The notes: generated from the sequence alone by a model not told the origin. A stretch of DNA of 28,666 bases from an uncultured Candidatus Sumerlaeota bacterium (GCA_964346275.1 CAYFUR010000012.1:1-28666), one strand, 5' to 3'; shown: positions 1 through 9,770, counted from the stretch's first letter. Numbers and translations: made by a program.

Positions 1-716
1 TGGCAAAGCGCCTGGAATTCGCGGGGCCAGGCGTTGGCGGAAGCGCTGATGACGCCGGAGCCGCCCAGGCGCATCATGCCGGCCACGAGGTGGTCTTCGC
101 CGCTCAGGACGGTGAATTCATCGCGGAGAGTTCCGTCGATGATCTGCTGGACCTGGTCGAGATCGCCGGAGGCTTCCTTGACGGCCAGGATAGCCGGATG
201 GCGGGCGAGTTCGATGCAGGTTTCCGCCTCGATGTTGGACTTCGTGCGTGTGGGCACGTTGTACATGATGATGCCGGTGTCCTGGCGGGCGGCTTCGTCG
301 GCGACTTTTGTGTAATGGCGCAGGAGGCCCTCCTGGGGCGGGTTGTTGTAATAGCCGGTGACGTGGAGATAGGCATCCACGCGGGCTTCGCGGCCGATGG
401 ACTGCATGAGGTAGATTGCTTCGCGGGTGGAGTTGGATCCCGCGCTTCCGATGACGGTGATGGACCGCCCCTGCTTCTCCGCGGAAATCCGCGCGTGAAC
501 GGAGCCCCGTGTGACCAGTTCGATGTGTTCCGAGTGGGAGAGCGTCGCGCTTTGGCCCGTCGTGCCGGCGATGACGATCCCTGGACATCCAGCGTCGATG
601 ACCTCCTCGATTTTCTGGAAGAAGCGTTCGAAATCGATGAGGTATTCGCCGAAGACTTCTTTCATCGGGGTGATGAGGGCGACGTAGCATCCTTTGAGGT
701 CGTGAGCGGAAAGCAT
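1..716 (-). CDS. dapA: 4-hydroxy-tetrahydrodipicolinate synthase (DapA), 3'-truncated by the window edge (about 238 aa present)
   Basis: The reverse-complement translation starts at ATG 716..714 and reads MLSAHDLKGCYVALITPMKEVFGEY...GIVIAGTTGQSATLSHSEH...YYNNPPQEGLLRHY...IIMYNVPTRT...LAVKEASGDL...LSGEDH. It carries the DapA hallmark motifs TPM, GTTG(E/Q)S, YYN.P.QEGL, YNVP.RT, KEASG and LSG(D/E)D. The ORF is missing from the supplied track only because it runs off the window start. The + ORF 90..722 is its antisense shadow. Confidence 0.85.
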   Translation of the reverse strand, partial: MLSAHDLKGCYVALITPMKEVFGEYLIDFERFFQKIEEVIDAGCPGIVIAGTTGQSATLSHSEHIELVTRGSVHARISAEKQGRSITVIGSAGSNSTREAIYLMQSIGREARVDAYLHVTGYYNNPPQEGLLRHYTKVADEAARQDTGIIMYNVPTRTKSNIEAETCIELARHPAILAVKEASGDLDQVQQIIDGTLRDEFTVLSGEDHLVAGMMRLGGSGVISASANAWPREFQALC

Positions 717-1227
717 AATTGAGTGGTCCTGAGAAGATTTTCCGGGATCCTTTGAGGAGGCGGAAGTGTTGAGAGGGCCGGTGGAATCGGTCAAGGATGG
801 ATGGGCCGTAACCGCTTACAAGATGAATGGGATTTGAGTAAAAGATGAGGGAAAGGAGCCACAGCCCTCGGTCATGAATCCCGGTGATCTTTGACCGACA
901 GGGCCTTCTGTCAGGATGCGCATAAGGCCATGGCTCTTTCCACTCTGACCGAGTGAATGATGCGCTTAACCGCCCGGGAGAGATTCTGATCAAGAGAGGA
1001 GGCAAGAAATGCTCTCAGGAGTCTCCCGCACGGGGGACAATGCGAGGAGTCCTGCGATGGAGATTTGATACAAGGCTGAAAGTATTGAATTTAGTCCAGT
1101 TTTCCCGGTTCGGCATTTATTTAGCGGATTCAGACGAGGGTGGAGTGAGGCCGAGGATTCCGGCCAGTTTCCTATCTGGCCCATTCGATTTTTCAGGGAA
1201 TTGACGCGCCTCTTCGCGAGTCTTTCC

Positions 1228-1243
1228 TGGACAATCCTTTGCA
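1228..1243 (+). promoter_or_regulatory. Candidate sigma-54 (RpoN) -24/-12 promoter upstream of gltB
   Basis: TGGACAatccTTTGCA has GG and GC at the canonical sigma-54 spacing (TGGCAC-N5-TTGCA), with a perfect -12 TTGCA and an imperfect -24 (TGGACA instead of TGGCAC). It lies about 125 nt upstream of the gltB start. Nitrogen-regulated gltBD transcription from sigma-54 is established knowledge. The match is degenerate. Confidence 0.25.
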
Positions 1244-1367
1244 GAGCACTTCGGAAAATCCCTTGTTTTGCGCGAAGGGTTTCTCTAATTTCATCGGGCT
1301 CGCAGCCCTGCGGAAGTTTTCCCGGCTGCCCACGTCCTCGAAAAAAATCCTAATCGACGGAAGGCAT

Positions 1368-4300
1368 ATGAAGAAATCTGACTTGTTGAGAACAAGCGCC
1401 CCGAAGGCTGAGGGGCTATATGATCCGAGCTTCGAACACGATGCATGCGGCGTTGGTTTCGTCTGCCAGATTAACGGCCAGGGAAGCCATGAGGTGATCG
1501 AGCATGGCCTGGAAGTTTTACGCAACCTGGATCACCGCGGCGCCCGCGGCTGCGACCCCTGCACGGGCGATGGAGCAGGAATCCTGGTTTCCATGCCGGA
1601 TAAATTCCTCCGCCGCGAGATGGCGAAACAGAACGTGCATCTTCCTCCGGTGGGGAATTATGCGGCGTCCACGATCTTTTTGCCACCAAACGACAAGCAT
1701 CGCCTGCAGCACGAGATTCTCCTGGAGAAGATCGTCTCCGACTTTGATGTGGAGATTCTTGGCTGGCGCGACGTGCCCGTGAATAGCGACTGCCTTGGCA
1801 CGATCAGCTGCGCTTGCGAGCCGCGGATCCGCCAGATCTTCATGGGGATGCGCCCTTCCTTCTTTAACAAGAATGATTTCGAGCGCCGCCTTTACCTGAT
1901 TCGCCAGCGCTACGAAAACCTGGCCGAGTCGCTTGATTTGCAAGGCAACGATTATTCCTACATCACCGCTCTCTCCACAAACCGCATGGTCTATAAGGGG
2001 ATGCTGACGACGGACCAGTTGTATGAGTATTTTCCGGACTTGCAGGATCCAGATTTCGAGAGCCACCTGGCACTGGTCCACTCGCGTTTTTCGACAAACA
2101 CCTTTCCCTCCTGGGCGCTGGCGCATCCGTATCGCTACCTCGCTCATAATGGCGAGATCAATACGCTGCGCGGAAACCGCAACTGGATGCGCGCGCGAGC
2201 GGGGGGCCTGCGGTCGAAGGTCTTTGGCGATGAATTGAACAAGATGTTTCCGATTTTCTCGGAATCGCAGAGTGATTCGGCGACCTTCGACAGCGCTCTG
2301 CAGTTCCTGGTGGTGAACGGCCGTCCCTTGCACCACGCCGTGCTGATGCTGATCCCCGAGGCATGGGAAAATCATGAGCAGATGGATGAAGACCTGAAGG
2401 CCTTTTACGAGTATCACGCCTGCCTGATGGAGCCGTGGGACGGCCCGGCGGCGGTGGCTTTCAGTGATGGGACGAGCATCGGTGCGGTGCTCGACCGCAA
2501 CGGGCTGCGCCCGGCGCGTTACGTGGAAACGACGGATGGCCTTGTGGTCATGGCGTCGGAGGTTGGCGCCCTGCGTATCGAGCCGGAACGGGTGAAGCGC
2601 AAGTGGCGCCTGCAGCCGGGCAAGATCTTCCTGGTCGACACGAAGGCCGGGCGGATCGTGGACGATGAAGAAATCAAGCGGGCGTTGATCAACCAGCGGC
2701 CCTGGAAGCGGTGGTTGGAAGAGAATACAATGACGCTGGAGGACCTGCCGCCGCAGAAGACGGCCGCGGCGCCGACGGCGGAGCAGCTTTTGTCGTTACA
2801 GCATGCGTTTGGCTATACGCGCGAGGATGTTCGCCTGCTGGTGACGCCGATGGCGCTCCAGGCGAAAGAGGCGATTGGCTCCATGGGCAATGATGCGCCG
2901 CTGGCGTGCCTTTCCGACCAGTCGCAATTGCTCTACAATTATTTCAAGCAGCTTTTCGCGCAGGTGACGAATCCGCCGCTGGATGCGATCCGCGAGGAGC
3001 TGGTGACGTCACTGTATAGCTATCTGGGTTCGGAGGGGAACCTGCTGGATGAAGTTTCGGAGAATTGCCAGATGTTGCGGCTTGATTGCCCGGTTCTGAA
3101 CAACGATGAGCTGGAGCGCGTGCGCAACAACAAGGTGCCCCACTTGCAGACGCGAACGATTTCGATTCTCTTTTCCGCCGACAGGGGGGCAGAGGGGTTG
3201 AAAGAGGGCCTGGACCGGGTACGCGAGGAAGCGGTGAAAGCCGTCGATCAGGGGATGAGCAACATCATCCTGTCCGATCGGGGCGTAAATCGCGAAAACG
3301 TGGCGATTCCGAGCCTGCTGGCCTGCGGCGCGGTGCACCACCACCTGATTCGCCAGGGAACGCGCTCGAAGGTTTCCGTCGTCATGGAATCGGGCGAGGC
3401 GCGAGAAGTACATCACTTCTGCCTGCTTGTGGGCTACGGTGCGAGCGCGGTGAACCCCTACCTCGCGTTCGAGACCATTGCGGATCTGTATAGCCAGGGG
3501 ACGTTTGAGACGGACAAGACCCTGGAAGAGCTGCAGCGCAACTACATCACCGCAGTGAACAAGGGCATCCTGAAGGTGGCTTCAAAGATGGGCATTTCCA
3601 CGGTGCAGAGCTACCGCGGGGCCCAGATTTTCGAGGCGATCGGCCTGAGCAGGGCGCTGGTGGATGAATTCTTTACCAATACGACCTCGCGTATAGACGG
3701 TGTCGGCCTTGATGTGATCGGTGAAGAGTGCCTGATGCGCCACCGGCGCGCTTACCCGCCGGTTAATGTTCAGGTGCCGGTGCTGGACAGCGGCGGCACC
3801 TATCAGTGGCGCCAGGACGGCGAGTTCCACTCGTGGAACCCGGACACGATCGCGAATCTCCAGCACTCTTCGCGTACGAAGAGTTACGAGCTTTACCAGG
3901 AGTTCGCCAAGTCGGTGAACGACGAGAATAAGCATCTCGCGACGTTGCGCGGCTTGATGAAGTTCAAGAAGCGTTCAAAGCCGATTCCCCTGGAAGAAGT
4001 GGAGCCGGCGAAGGAAATCGTGAAGCGTTTTTGCACGGGCGCGATGTCGCTCGGGGCGATCAGCCCGGAGGCGCATGAGAACCTCGCCAAGGCGATGAAT
4101 TTCCTCGGCGGCAAGTCGAACAGTGGCGAGGGCGGCGAGGATCCCAAGCGGTTCGTGGATGAACGGCGGAGCGCGATCAAGCAGGTGGCTTCGGGCCGAT
4201 TCGGCGTCACGGCGGAGTACCTGGCCAATGCTGACGAGATCCAGATCAAGATGGCCCAGGGCGCGAAGCCCGGCGAAGGGGGCCAGTTGCCCGGGCACAA

Positions 4301-5909
4301 GGTGAATCAGATGATCGCCAAGGTGCGCTATTCGACGCCGGGTGTGGGTCTGATTTCTCCGCCGCCGCACCATGACATTTACTCGATTGAGGATCTGGCC
4401 CAGCTGATTCACGACTTGAAGAATGCGAATCCCCGGGCGAGGATTTCGGTGAAGCTGGTTTCCGAAGTTGGTGTCGGCACAGTCGCGGCGGGTGTTTCCA
4501 AAGCGAAGGCGGACCATATTCTGATCAGCGGCGATGGCGGCGGAACCGGCGCCTCGCCTCTGACGTCGATCAAGCACGCGGGCATTCCCTGGGAGCTTGG
4601 CCTGGCGGAGACCCAGCAGATCCTCGTGATGAACGACCTGCGTTCCCGCGTGGCGATCCAGGTGGACGGCCAGATGAAGACGGGCCGCGACGTGGCTATC
4701 GGGGCGCTGCTCGGCGGAGAAGAATTTGGTTTCTCCACGGCGCCGCTGATTGCGACCGGCTGTATCATGATGCGCGTCTGCCATCTGAACACATGTCCGG
4801 TGGGCGTCGCGACCCAGGACGAAACGCTGCGCAAGAAGTTCAAAGGCACGCCGGATCACGTGATTAACTACTTCTTCTTCGTGGCGGAAGAGCTGCGCGA
4901 GATCATGGCTGAAATAGGCTTGCGCAAGGTGGACGACATGATCGGCCGGACGGATTTGCTGGAGTTCGCGCCCTCGATGAAGCACTGGAAAGCGAATGGC
5001 CTGGACTTCTCGGCGATCCTGCATCGTCCGAAGGTGGCGAAGTCGGTGCATCCCCGGTGCACCATGAAGCAGGATCACGGGCTGGACCGGGCGTTGGATA
5101 ACAAATTGCTCCAGCTTGCCAAGCCGGCGCTGGAAAACAAGCGGCCGGTGGAAGACCGGATTGCGATCTACAACACGAACCGCACGGTCGGCACGATCCT
5201 GTCGGGTGAAATCGCCAAGCGATACGGGAATGAAGGACTGCCGGAGGATACGATTCAGTTCACCTTTGACGGCAGCGCCGGCCAGAGCTTCGGCGCCTTC
5301 CTCTCGCGCGGCGTCACGTTCCGGCTGATCGGCGATTCGAATGATTACCTCGGCAAGGGCCTTTCCGGCGGCAGGATTATCGTTCATCCGCCAGAGAAAA
5401 GCCGCTTCGAAGCGGAGAAAAACATCATCGCGGGCAACGTGATTTGCTACGGCGCGACATCCGGTGAAGTTTATTTGCGCGGGGTCGTGGGCGAGCGTTT
5501 CTGCGTCCGAAACAGCGGCGTTCACGCTGTTGTGGAAGGAACGGGAGATCACGGCTGCGAATACATGACCGGCGGGCGCGTTGTCGTCATCGGTCCAACC
5601 GGCCGGAACTTCGCGGCTGGCATGAGTGGTGGTATCGCTTACATACACGACCCGAACGATCATTTCCCCGAGTTGTGCAACATGGGAATGGTGGACCTGG
5701 AAACGCCGGACCATGGCGAGGACGAGGACACGATCCGGCGGATGCTGGAAAACCATGTGCGCTATACGGGGAGCCCGGTGGCGGAAGGCTTGCTGAAGAA
5801 CTGGAAAGAATCCTTCAGCCATTTTATTAAGGTGATGCCGCGGGATTACCGCCGGGTGCTGGACGAAATGGCAAAGCAGGCGAAGCAGGCGGAAGGTGCC
5901 ATCAGCTAA
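1368..5909 (+). CDS. gltB: Glutamate synthase (GOGAT) large subunit
   Basis: The ORF 1239..5909 is 1556 aa. Its N-terminus MKKSDLLRTSAPKAEGLYDPSFEHDACGVGFV...LDHRGARGCDP.TGDGAGIL matches the class-II glutamine amidotransferase domain with the catalytic Cys1, as in B. subtilis GltA. The rest covers the central, FMN-binding and C-terminal GXGXG domains. ATG 1368 is preferred over 1239 because a GGAAGG Shine-Dalgarno lies 6 nt upstream and 1239 falls inside the putative promoter. Confidence 0.95.
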   Translation: MKKSDLLRTSAPKAEGLYDPSFEHDACGVGFVCQINGQGSHEVIEHGLEVLRNLDHRGARGCDPCTGDGAGILVSMPDKFLRREMAKQNVHLPPVGNYAASTIFLPPNDKHRLQHEILLEKIVSDFDVEILGWRDVPVNSDCLGTISCACEPRIRQIFMGMRPSFFNKNDFERRLYLIRQRYENLAESLDLQGNDYSYITALSTNRMVYKGMLTTDQLYEYFPDLQDPDFESHLALVHSRFSTNTFPSWALAHPYRYLAHNGEINTLRGNRNWMRARAGGLRSKVFGDELNKMFPIFSESQSDSATFDSALQFLVVNGRPLHHAVLMLIPEAWENHEQMDEDLKAFYEYHACLMEPWDGPAAVAFSDGTSIGAVLDRNGLRPARYVETTDGLVVMASEVGALRIEPERVKRKWRLQPGKIFLVDTKAGRIVDDEEIKRALINQRPWKRWLEENTMTLEDLPPQKTAAAPTAEQLLSLQHAFGYTREDVRLLVTPMALQAKEAIGSMGNDAPLACLSDQSQLLYNYFKQLFAQVTNPPLDAIREELVTSLYSYLGSEGNLLDEVSENCQMLRLDCPVLNNDELERVRNNKVPHLQTRTISILFSADRGAEGLKEGLDRVREEAVKAVDQGMSNIILSDRGVNRENVAIPSLLACGAVHHHLIRQGTRSKVSVVMESGEAREVHHFCLLVGYGASAVNPYLAFETIADLYSQGTFETDKTLEELQRNYITAVNKGILKVASKMGISTVQSYRGAQIFEAIGLSRALVDEFFTNTTSRIDGVGLDVIGEECLMRHRRAYPPVNVQVPVLDSGGTYQWRQDGEFHSWNPDTIANLQHSSRTKSYELYQEFAKSVNDENKHLATLRGLMKFKKRSKPIPLEEVEPAKEIVKRFCTGAMSLGAISPEAHENLAKAMNFLGGKSNSGEGGEDPKRFVDERRSAIKQVASGRFGVTAEYLANADEIQIKMAQGAKPGEGGQLPGHKVNQMIAKVRYSTPGVGLISPPPHHDIYSIEDLAQLIHDLKNANPRARISVKLVSEVGVGTVAAGVSKAKADHILISGDGGGTGASPLTSIKHAGIPWELGLAETQQILVMNDLRSRVAIQVDGQMKTGRDVAIGALLGGEEFGFSTAPLIATGCIMMRVCHLNTCPVGVATQDETLRKKFKGTPDHVINYFFFVAEELREIMAEIGLRKVDDMIGRTDLLEFAPSMKHWKANGLDFSAILHRPKVAKSVHPRCTMKQDHGLDRALDNKLLQLAKPALENKRPVEDRIAIYNTNRTVGTILSGEIAKRYGNEGLPEDTIQFTFDGSAGQSFGAFLSRGVTFRLIGDSNDYLGKGLSGGRIIVHPPEKSRFEAEKNIIAGNVICYGATSGEVYLRGVVGERFCVRNSGVHAVVEGTGDHGCEYMTGGRVVVIGPTGRNFAAGMSGGIAYIHDPNDHFPELCNMGMVDLETPDHGEDEDTIRRMLENHVRYTGSPVAEGLLKNWKESFSHFIKVMPRDYRRVLDEMAKQAKQAEGAIS

Positions 5910-6011
5910 GCCTGGAACGCGGCGGGATGGCTTTTCTTCCGCCGCTCTGCCAGAAGGATGAAACGGAACCGATAACCTCTCTCCAAGACATCATACAGGA
6001 GCAGGAGCCGT

Positions 6012-7451
6012 ATGGGCAAGCCAACTGGCTTTATGGAAATCGAGCGGGAGTTACCCGCGAAGCGCCCCGTCGAGGAGCGCGTGAATGACTGGAAGGAAAT
6101 CTACCTGGATTTTCCCGTGGAGAAGCAGCAGGCCCAAGGGGCCCGCTGCATGGATTGCGGGATTCCGTTTTGCAACCAGGGATGCCCCCTCGGGAATCTG
6201 ATTCCCGACTGGAACGATCTTGTCTATCACGGGCGTTTCCGCGAGGCGTTGGATTCGCTGCACAAGACGAATAATTTCCCCGAGTTTACGGGGCGGATCT
6301 GCCCCGCGCCATGCGAGGGGTCCTGTGTGCTGGGAATTAACGAGGACCCGGTTTCGATCAAGCTGATCGAAGTGAGTATCATCGACCGGGGCTTTCGGGA
6401 AGGCTGGATCAAGCCTGAGCCACCGCCCATTCGGACGGATAAGAAAATCGCCGTGATCGGCTCCGGTCCCGCCGGTCTTGCGGCGGCGGCACAGCTGAAC
6501 AAAGCCGGGCATTACGTGACGGTCTACGAGCGTGCCCAGCGCATCGGCGGGTTGCTGACGTTTGGTATTCCTGATTTCAAGCTTGAGAAACACGTCGTGG
6601 AACGGCGCATCCGGCTGCTGGAAGACGAGGGCATCATCTTTAAGCCGGGAGTGAATATCGGCATTGATGTGACCATGGACCAGCTTCGCGATGATTACGA
6701 GGCGCTGGTGCTTGCCTGCGGATCGACAAAGCCGCGCGATTTGCCTGCTCCGGGGCGGGATCTCGATGGGATTTATTTCGCCATGGATTTCCTGACGGCG
6801 CAGAACGAGGTGAATTACGGCGATCTCCAGGAAGCGCGGCCGTATATCAACGTCGAAGGCAAGAACGTGATCATCATCGGCGGCGGCGACACGGGTGCGG
6901 ATTGCCTGGGGACGTCTCACCGCCAGGGTGCCAAATCGGTGACACAGTTCGAAATTATGAATGAGCCGCCGAAAGAGCGCTCGGTGCAAAATCCGTGGCC
7001 CCAATGGCCCATGGTTTTGCGCAAGTCGCCGGCCCACGAGGAAGGGGGCGAGCGCGAGTGGTGCATCAGCACCAAGGAGTTTGTGGGCGAGAACGGCAAG
7101 CTGACGAAACTGAAGACCGCAAAGGTCGAGTGGGTGCCAGGAGAAAACGGCCGCATGTCTCCGCGTGAAGTTCCGGATACCGAAAAAGAATGGGATGCGG
7201 ATGTGGTGCTGCTGGCGATGGGCTTTGTGCATCCCGAGAAGCCGGGCCCGATCGAGCAGCTCGGTGTGGATGTGGACGGGCGCGGAAACGTGACGTCTGA
7301 CGAAAACTATATGACGAGCGAGGAAGGCGTCTTTGTCGCGGGCGATATGCGCCGGGGCCAGAGCCTGGTGGTCTGGGCCATTACCGAGGGCCGCAAGGCT
7401 GCCCGCGGCGTGGATCAATGGCTGATGGGTACGAGCGATTTGCCCGGATAA
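6012..7451 (+). CDS. gltD: Glutamate synthase small subunit (NADPH-dependent, FAD/4Fe-4S)
   Basis: The 479-aa protein shows Cys clusters CMDCGIPFC and CPAPCEGSC and the dinucleotide-binding motifs [14 protein letters not shown] and [12 protein letters not shown], and aligns end to end with E. coli GltD. An AGGAG Shine-Dalgarno sits 9 nt upstream. It lies 102 nt downstream of gltB, so a gltBD operon. Confidence 0.95.
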   Translation: MGKPTGFMEIERELPAKRPVEERVNDWKEIYLDFPVEKQQAQGARCMDCGIPFCNQGCPLGNLIPDWNDLVYHGRFREALDSLHKTNNFPEFTGRICPAPCEGSCVLGINEDPVSIKLIEVSIIDRGFREGWIKPEPPPIRTDKKIAVIGSGPAGLAAAAQLNKAGHYVTVYERAQRIGGLLTFGIPDFKLEKHVVERRIRLLEDEGIIFKPGVNIGIDVTMDQLRDDYEALVLACGSTKPRDLPAPGRDLDGIYFAMDFLTAQNEVNYGDLQEARPYINVEGKNVIIIGGGDTGADCLGTSHRQGAKSVTQFEIMNEPPKERSVQNPWPQWPMVLRKSPAHEEGGEREWCISTKEFVGENGKLTKLKTAKVEWVPGENGRMSPREVPDTEKEWDADVVLLAMGFVHPEKPGPIEQLGVDVDGRGNVTSDENYMTSEEGVFVAGDMRRGQSLVVWAITEGRKAARGVDQWLMGTSDLPG

Positions 7452-7477
7452 GCGGATGGCCTGTTACGCTGATCGAA

Positions 7478-7514
7478 GAAGCCCCGGGGACGCGTTTCCT
7501 CGGGGTTTCTTTTT
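7478..7514. terminator. Rho-independent terminator between convergent gltD and dprA
   Basis: The stem GAAGCCCCG (7478-7486) pairs with CGGGGUUUC (7501-7509), 9 bp including one G-U. It has a 14-nt loop and is followed by UUUUU (7510-7514). Confidence 0.45.
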
Positions 7515-7525
7515 GAGGTTGGAGG

Positions 7526-8689
7526 TTAGAGCTTGGGTGCATAGATGCGTCCGGGTTGTTGTTGAATGCGGCCGGTCATTTCGAGGGTAAGGAGGGCGGT
7601 GGAGAGGTCTCCGACGGTCATTTCGCCGGGGACAAAGCGGGCGATGAGGTCGTCGTGGCTGACCGGGTGGTGTTCTATTTCGTGAAGGAGGAGTTTTTGA
7701 TTCTTGTCCGGAGAGGGATGGTTTTCCCGGCGCTCTGGGAAATCTTCGGCTTGGCGGGGCTGCGGCTGGAACTCAGCCCGGCGCTGGCTGAGCCGGTCCA
7801 TTTCATCGCGGAGTGTGATTTCCAGATCGGCGAGGATGTCGTCGGCGCTGGTGCACACGGCGGCGCCGTCGCGGAGCAAGGCGTTGCTGCCTCGGCTGTT
7901 GCGCCGCGTAATGTCTCCGGGGACCGCATAGACCTGGCGTCCTTCTTCTCCGGCGGCGCGGGCGGTGACGAGGGCGCCGCTTTTCTCGGAGGCTTCCACG
8001 ATGATGATGGCTTGAGAGAGGCCGGCGAGGACTTCGTTGCGCGCGGGAAAGTGATGGCGCAGGGGTTTGGCGCCGGGGGGAAAGATGGAGATGAGGGCGC
8101 CTGCTTCGCCGTGGGCGATTCTTTCCCGGATCGGACGATTGCCGGCGGGATAGTCGACATCGAGCCCGCAAGCGAGAACGCCGATGGTCCGCCCTCCGGC
8201 CTGAAGGGCGGCTTTGTGCGCGGCGGTGTCTATACCGAGGGCGGCGCCGCTGACAATGGTGAGGGTGGGGGCAAAATCCTGGGCGAGGCGGCGCGTGACT
8301 TCCAACCCATAGGGGGTGGCCATGCGCGGGCCAACGATGCCCACGGAAAGGGCGTCGAAATCTTTCAGCCTGCCACGGATGAAAATGGCGGGCGGGGGAA
8401 CTCGCATCTTGAACAGATTGGCGGGGAATTCTGGCGAACTGGCGGGGAGAAGGGCGATCTGGTGGCGCTCGATGGCGCTGATTTGACGGTCGATTTCCGC
8501 GAGGGAGGGTTGCTGTCGAAGGCGGGCGATCTGGCGGCCGTTTAATTGAAAGCGCCGCATGAGCTCGGAATTCTCTGCTTCCAGAAGATCGAGCGGATGC
8601 GGCGCTTTGCTTTGCAGTTGGAAGAGCGTGGCACGGTCGAGCGCGCAGCCAATCCAACGGAGCCAGGCGGCAAGCTCTTTCCGTTCCAC
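7526..8689 (-). CDS. dprA: DNA processing / protecting protein DprA (Smf) of natural transformation
   Basis: The 387-aa protein contains the Rossmann-like DprA core: GAALGIDTAAHKAAL, TIGVLACGLDVDYPAGN, LISIFPPGAKPLRHHFPARNEVLAGLS, IIVEASEKSGALVTARAAGEEGRQVYAVPG. It ends with a C-terminal winged-helix-like tail. Confidence 0.85.
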   Translation of the reverse strand: MERKELAAWLRWIGCALDRATLFQLQSKAPHPLDLLEAENSELMRRFQLNGRQIARLRQQPSLAEIDRQISAIERHQIALLPASSPEFPANLFKMRVPPPAIFIRGRLKDFDALSVGIVGPRMATPYGLEVTRRLAQDFAPTLTIVSGAALGIDTAAHKAALQAGGRTIGVLACGLDVDYPAGNRPIRERIAHGEAGALISIFPPGAKPLRHHFPARNEVLAGLSQAIIIVEASEKSGALVTARAAGEEGRQVYAVPGDITRRNSRGSNALLRDGAAVCTSADDILADLEITLRDEMDRLSQRRAEFQPQPRQAEDFPERRENHPSPDKNQKLLLHEIEHHPVSHDDLIARFVPGEMTVGDLSTALLTLEMTGRIQQQPGRIYAPKL

Positions 8690-8706
8690 GACGTCTCTAC
8701 CCCGCC

Positions 8707-9732
8707 TTAATTCGGTGCTACCTTGCCCACGACATCTTGCTCGATGTTTTCCGTCAGGCTTGTGGAACTGCTTTGAAGAATGAGCAGGACGTTGGCTTTG
8801 CGATAGACGTTATATTCGCTGGGAATCTGGGATGCGGTGGCGAGGATGTCGAACTCCTGGGCTCCATCGTCTTTGTGTTTGAAGTAATAGATGAAGAGGA
8901 AGGCGCTTTCGCGGTCTCGCGAGGTGCGATAGTTGTAGAGATCGAAGTCGTCCGCGTTGTTGAGGATATCCGCAGCGTTGGTGTCCCTAAGGCCCATGTT
9001 GTTGACGAGGAGGGAAGTGGATTCTTCCTTGCCGCGATCGGTGGGGTTTCGCTCGACGGCAGCGACGTTCTGGATATCGGCGTCGCGGGTGGGGAGTGCG
9101 TCGCGGAACTCGGCGATATCAAAATAGGGCATGGTGAAGCCAATACCGCGCATGAAGCCGAGGTAGGATTTTGTGACAGGTTCGATCTGGTTGATGTCGC
9201 GGATTTTGTCGTCGATGCCGAAAGCAATGAGTCCCCAGATGGCGCCTACGACAAGGAGAACAAAGACAAAGAATTTGAAATAGAAAGACCGGAGGATCCA
9301 CTTGATATAGAGGATCGTTTTCTCCTGGGCCTTTTTCATGTTGTAGGCGAATTCGTTGATTTCGGCGAGCCGCTCGCGTTCTTCGTTAAGAGCGGTGATG
9401 GTTTCATTAATCAGGAGAAAGCATTCGTGCCATTCGATTTCGAGTTTCTTGCGTTCGGCTTCGCTGAGCTTTCCAAGAAGCTTGAGGGTGATGGCGCGGT
9501 TTACGATTTCGATCATGTTCTGGCCCGTCTTGCGGTCATGCTTCAGGGAATCCATGAAGGAATCGTGGAGCATGGCGATTCGGGCTTTATTGTTGAGGAA
9601 CTGCTGTTCAAGCTGGGAAGTCACGTTCCGGGGGGGCTTCATGGCTCGATTGGCGAGGTCCATGAAATGGCGCCAGGACTCGCGCAGTTCTTCACAATCG
9701 GCGGTGCGTCGTTCCAGGTCTTGATCGATCAT
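8707..9732 (-). CDS. Hypothetical bitopic membrane protein with no recognisable family: about 150-aa cytoplasmic coiled-coil-like N-domain, one TM helix, about 165-aa C-domain
   Basis: The 341-aa ORF has a single strongly hydrophobic segment, FKFFVFVLLVVGAIWGLIAFGI, flanked by K/R residues. The N-terminal half is charged and helical-looking (E/K/R/L-rich). GC is about 48%, against about 62% in the neighbours. The stop lies 17 nt upstream of the dprA start, which suggests co-transcription. The opposite strand also carries a full-length ORF, but its D/E/G/V-rich composition is typical of antisense. Confidence 0.6.
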   Translation of the reverse strand: MIDQDLERRTADCEELRESWRHFMDLANRAMKPPRNVTSQLEQQFLNNKARIAMLHDSFMDSLKHDRKTGQNMIEIVNRAITLKLLGKLSEAERKKLEIEWHECFLLINETITALNEERERLAEINEFAYNMKKAQEKTILYIKWILRSFYFKFFVFVLLVVGAIWGLIAFGIDDKIRDINQIEPVTKSYLGFMRGIGFTMPYFDIAEFRDALPTRDADIQNVAAVERNPTDRGKEESTSLLVNNMGLRDTNAADILNNADDFDLYNYRTSRDRESAFLFIYYFKHKDDGAQEFDILATASQIPSEYNVYRKANVLLILQSSSTSLTENIEQDVVGKVAPN

Positions 9733-9770
9733 CGTTCAGGAGACTCTGTGTGAGAGGGTTGCGACTGGGC

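Noticed and set aside
90-722. 210-aa + strand ORF overlapping the dapA region
   Set aside because: It is the antisense shadow of dapA. The minus-strand frame gives a textbook DapA alignment, while the + frame is D/G/V/E-rich low-complexity.
1239-1367. Upstream extension of gltB to ATG 1239 (the 1556-aa track ORF)
   Set aside because: The extension adds 43 non-conserved residues and overlaps the candidate promoter. ATG 1368 has a GGAAGG Shine-Dalgarno and gives the canonical roughly 21-aa propeptide before the catalytic Cys.
1793-1815. TGGCACgatcagctgcgcTTGC sigma-54-like string inside gltB
   Set aside because: The GG-to-GC spacing is wrong and it lies within coding sequence. It is a chance match.
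3975-5822. 615-aa minus-strand ORF inside gltB. The track also lists 6051..7418(-), 7556..8545(+), 11199..12950(+), 17604..18932(+), 22991..24133(+) and 24289..26355(+).
   Set aside because: These long antisense ORFs are typical of high-GC DNA, because stop codons are depleted in the frame opposite real genes. Their translations are R/P/H- or D/E/G/V-rich and lack motifs. The opposite strands encode well-recognised proteins.
8737-9753. 338-aa + strand ORF fully overlapping the hypothetical gene 8707..9732
   Set aside because: It has an acidic, G/V/D/E-rich low-complexity translation without hydrophobic segments. The minus-strand product has a clean TM helix with positive-inside flanks, and translational-coupling spacing to dprA.
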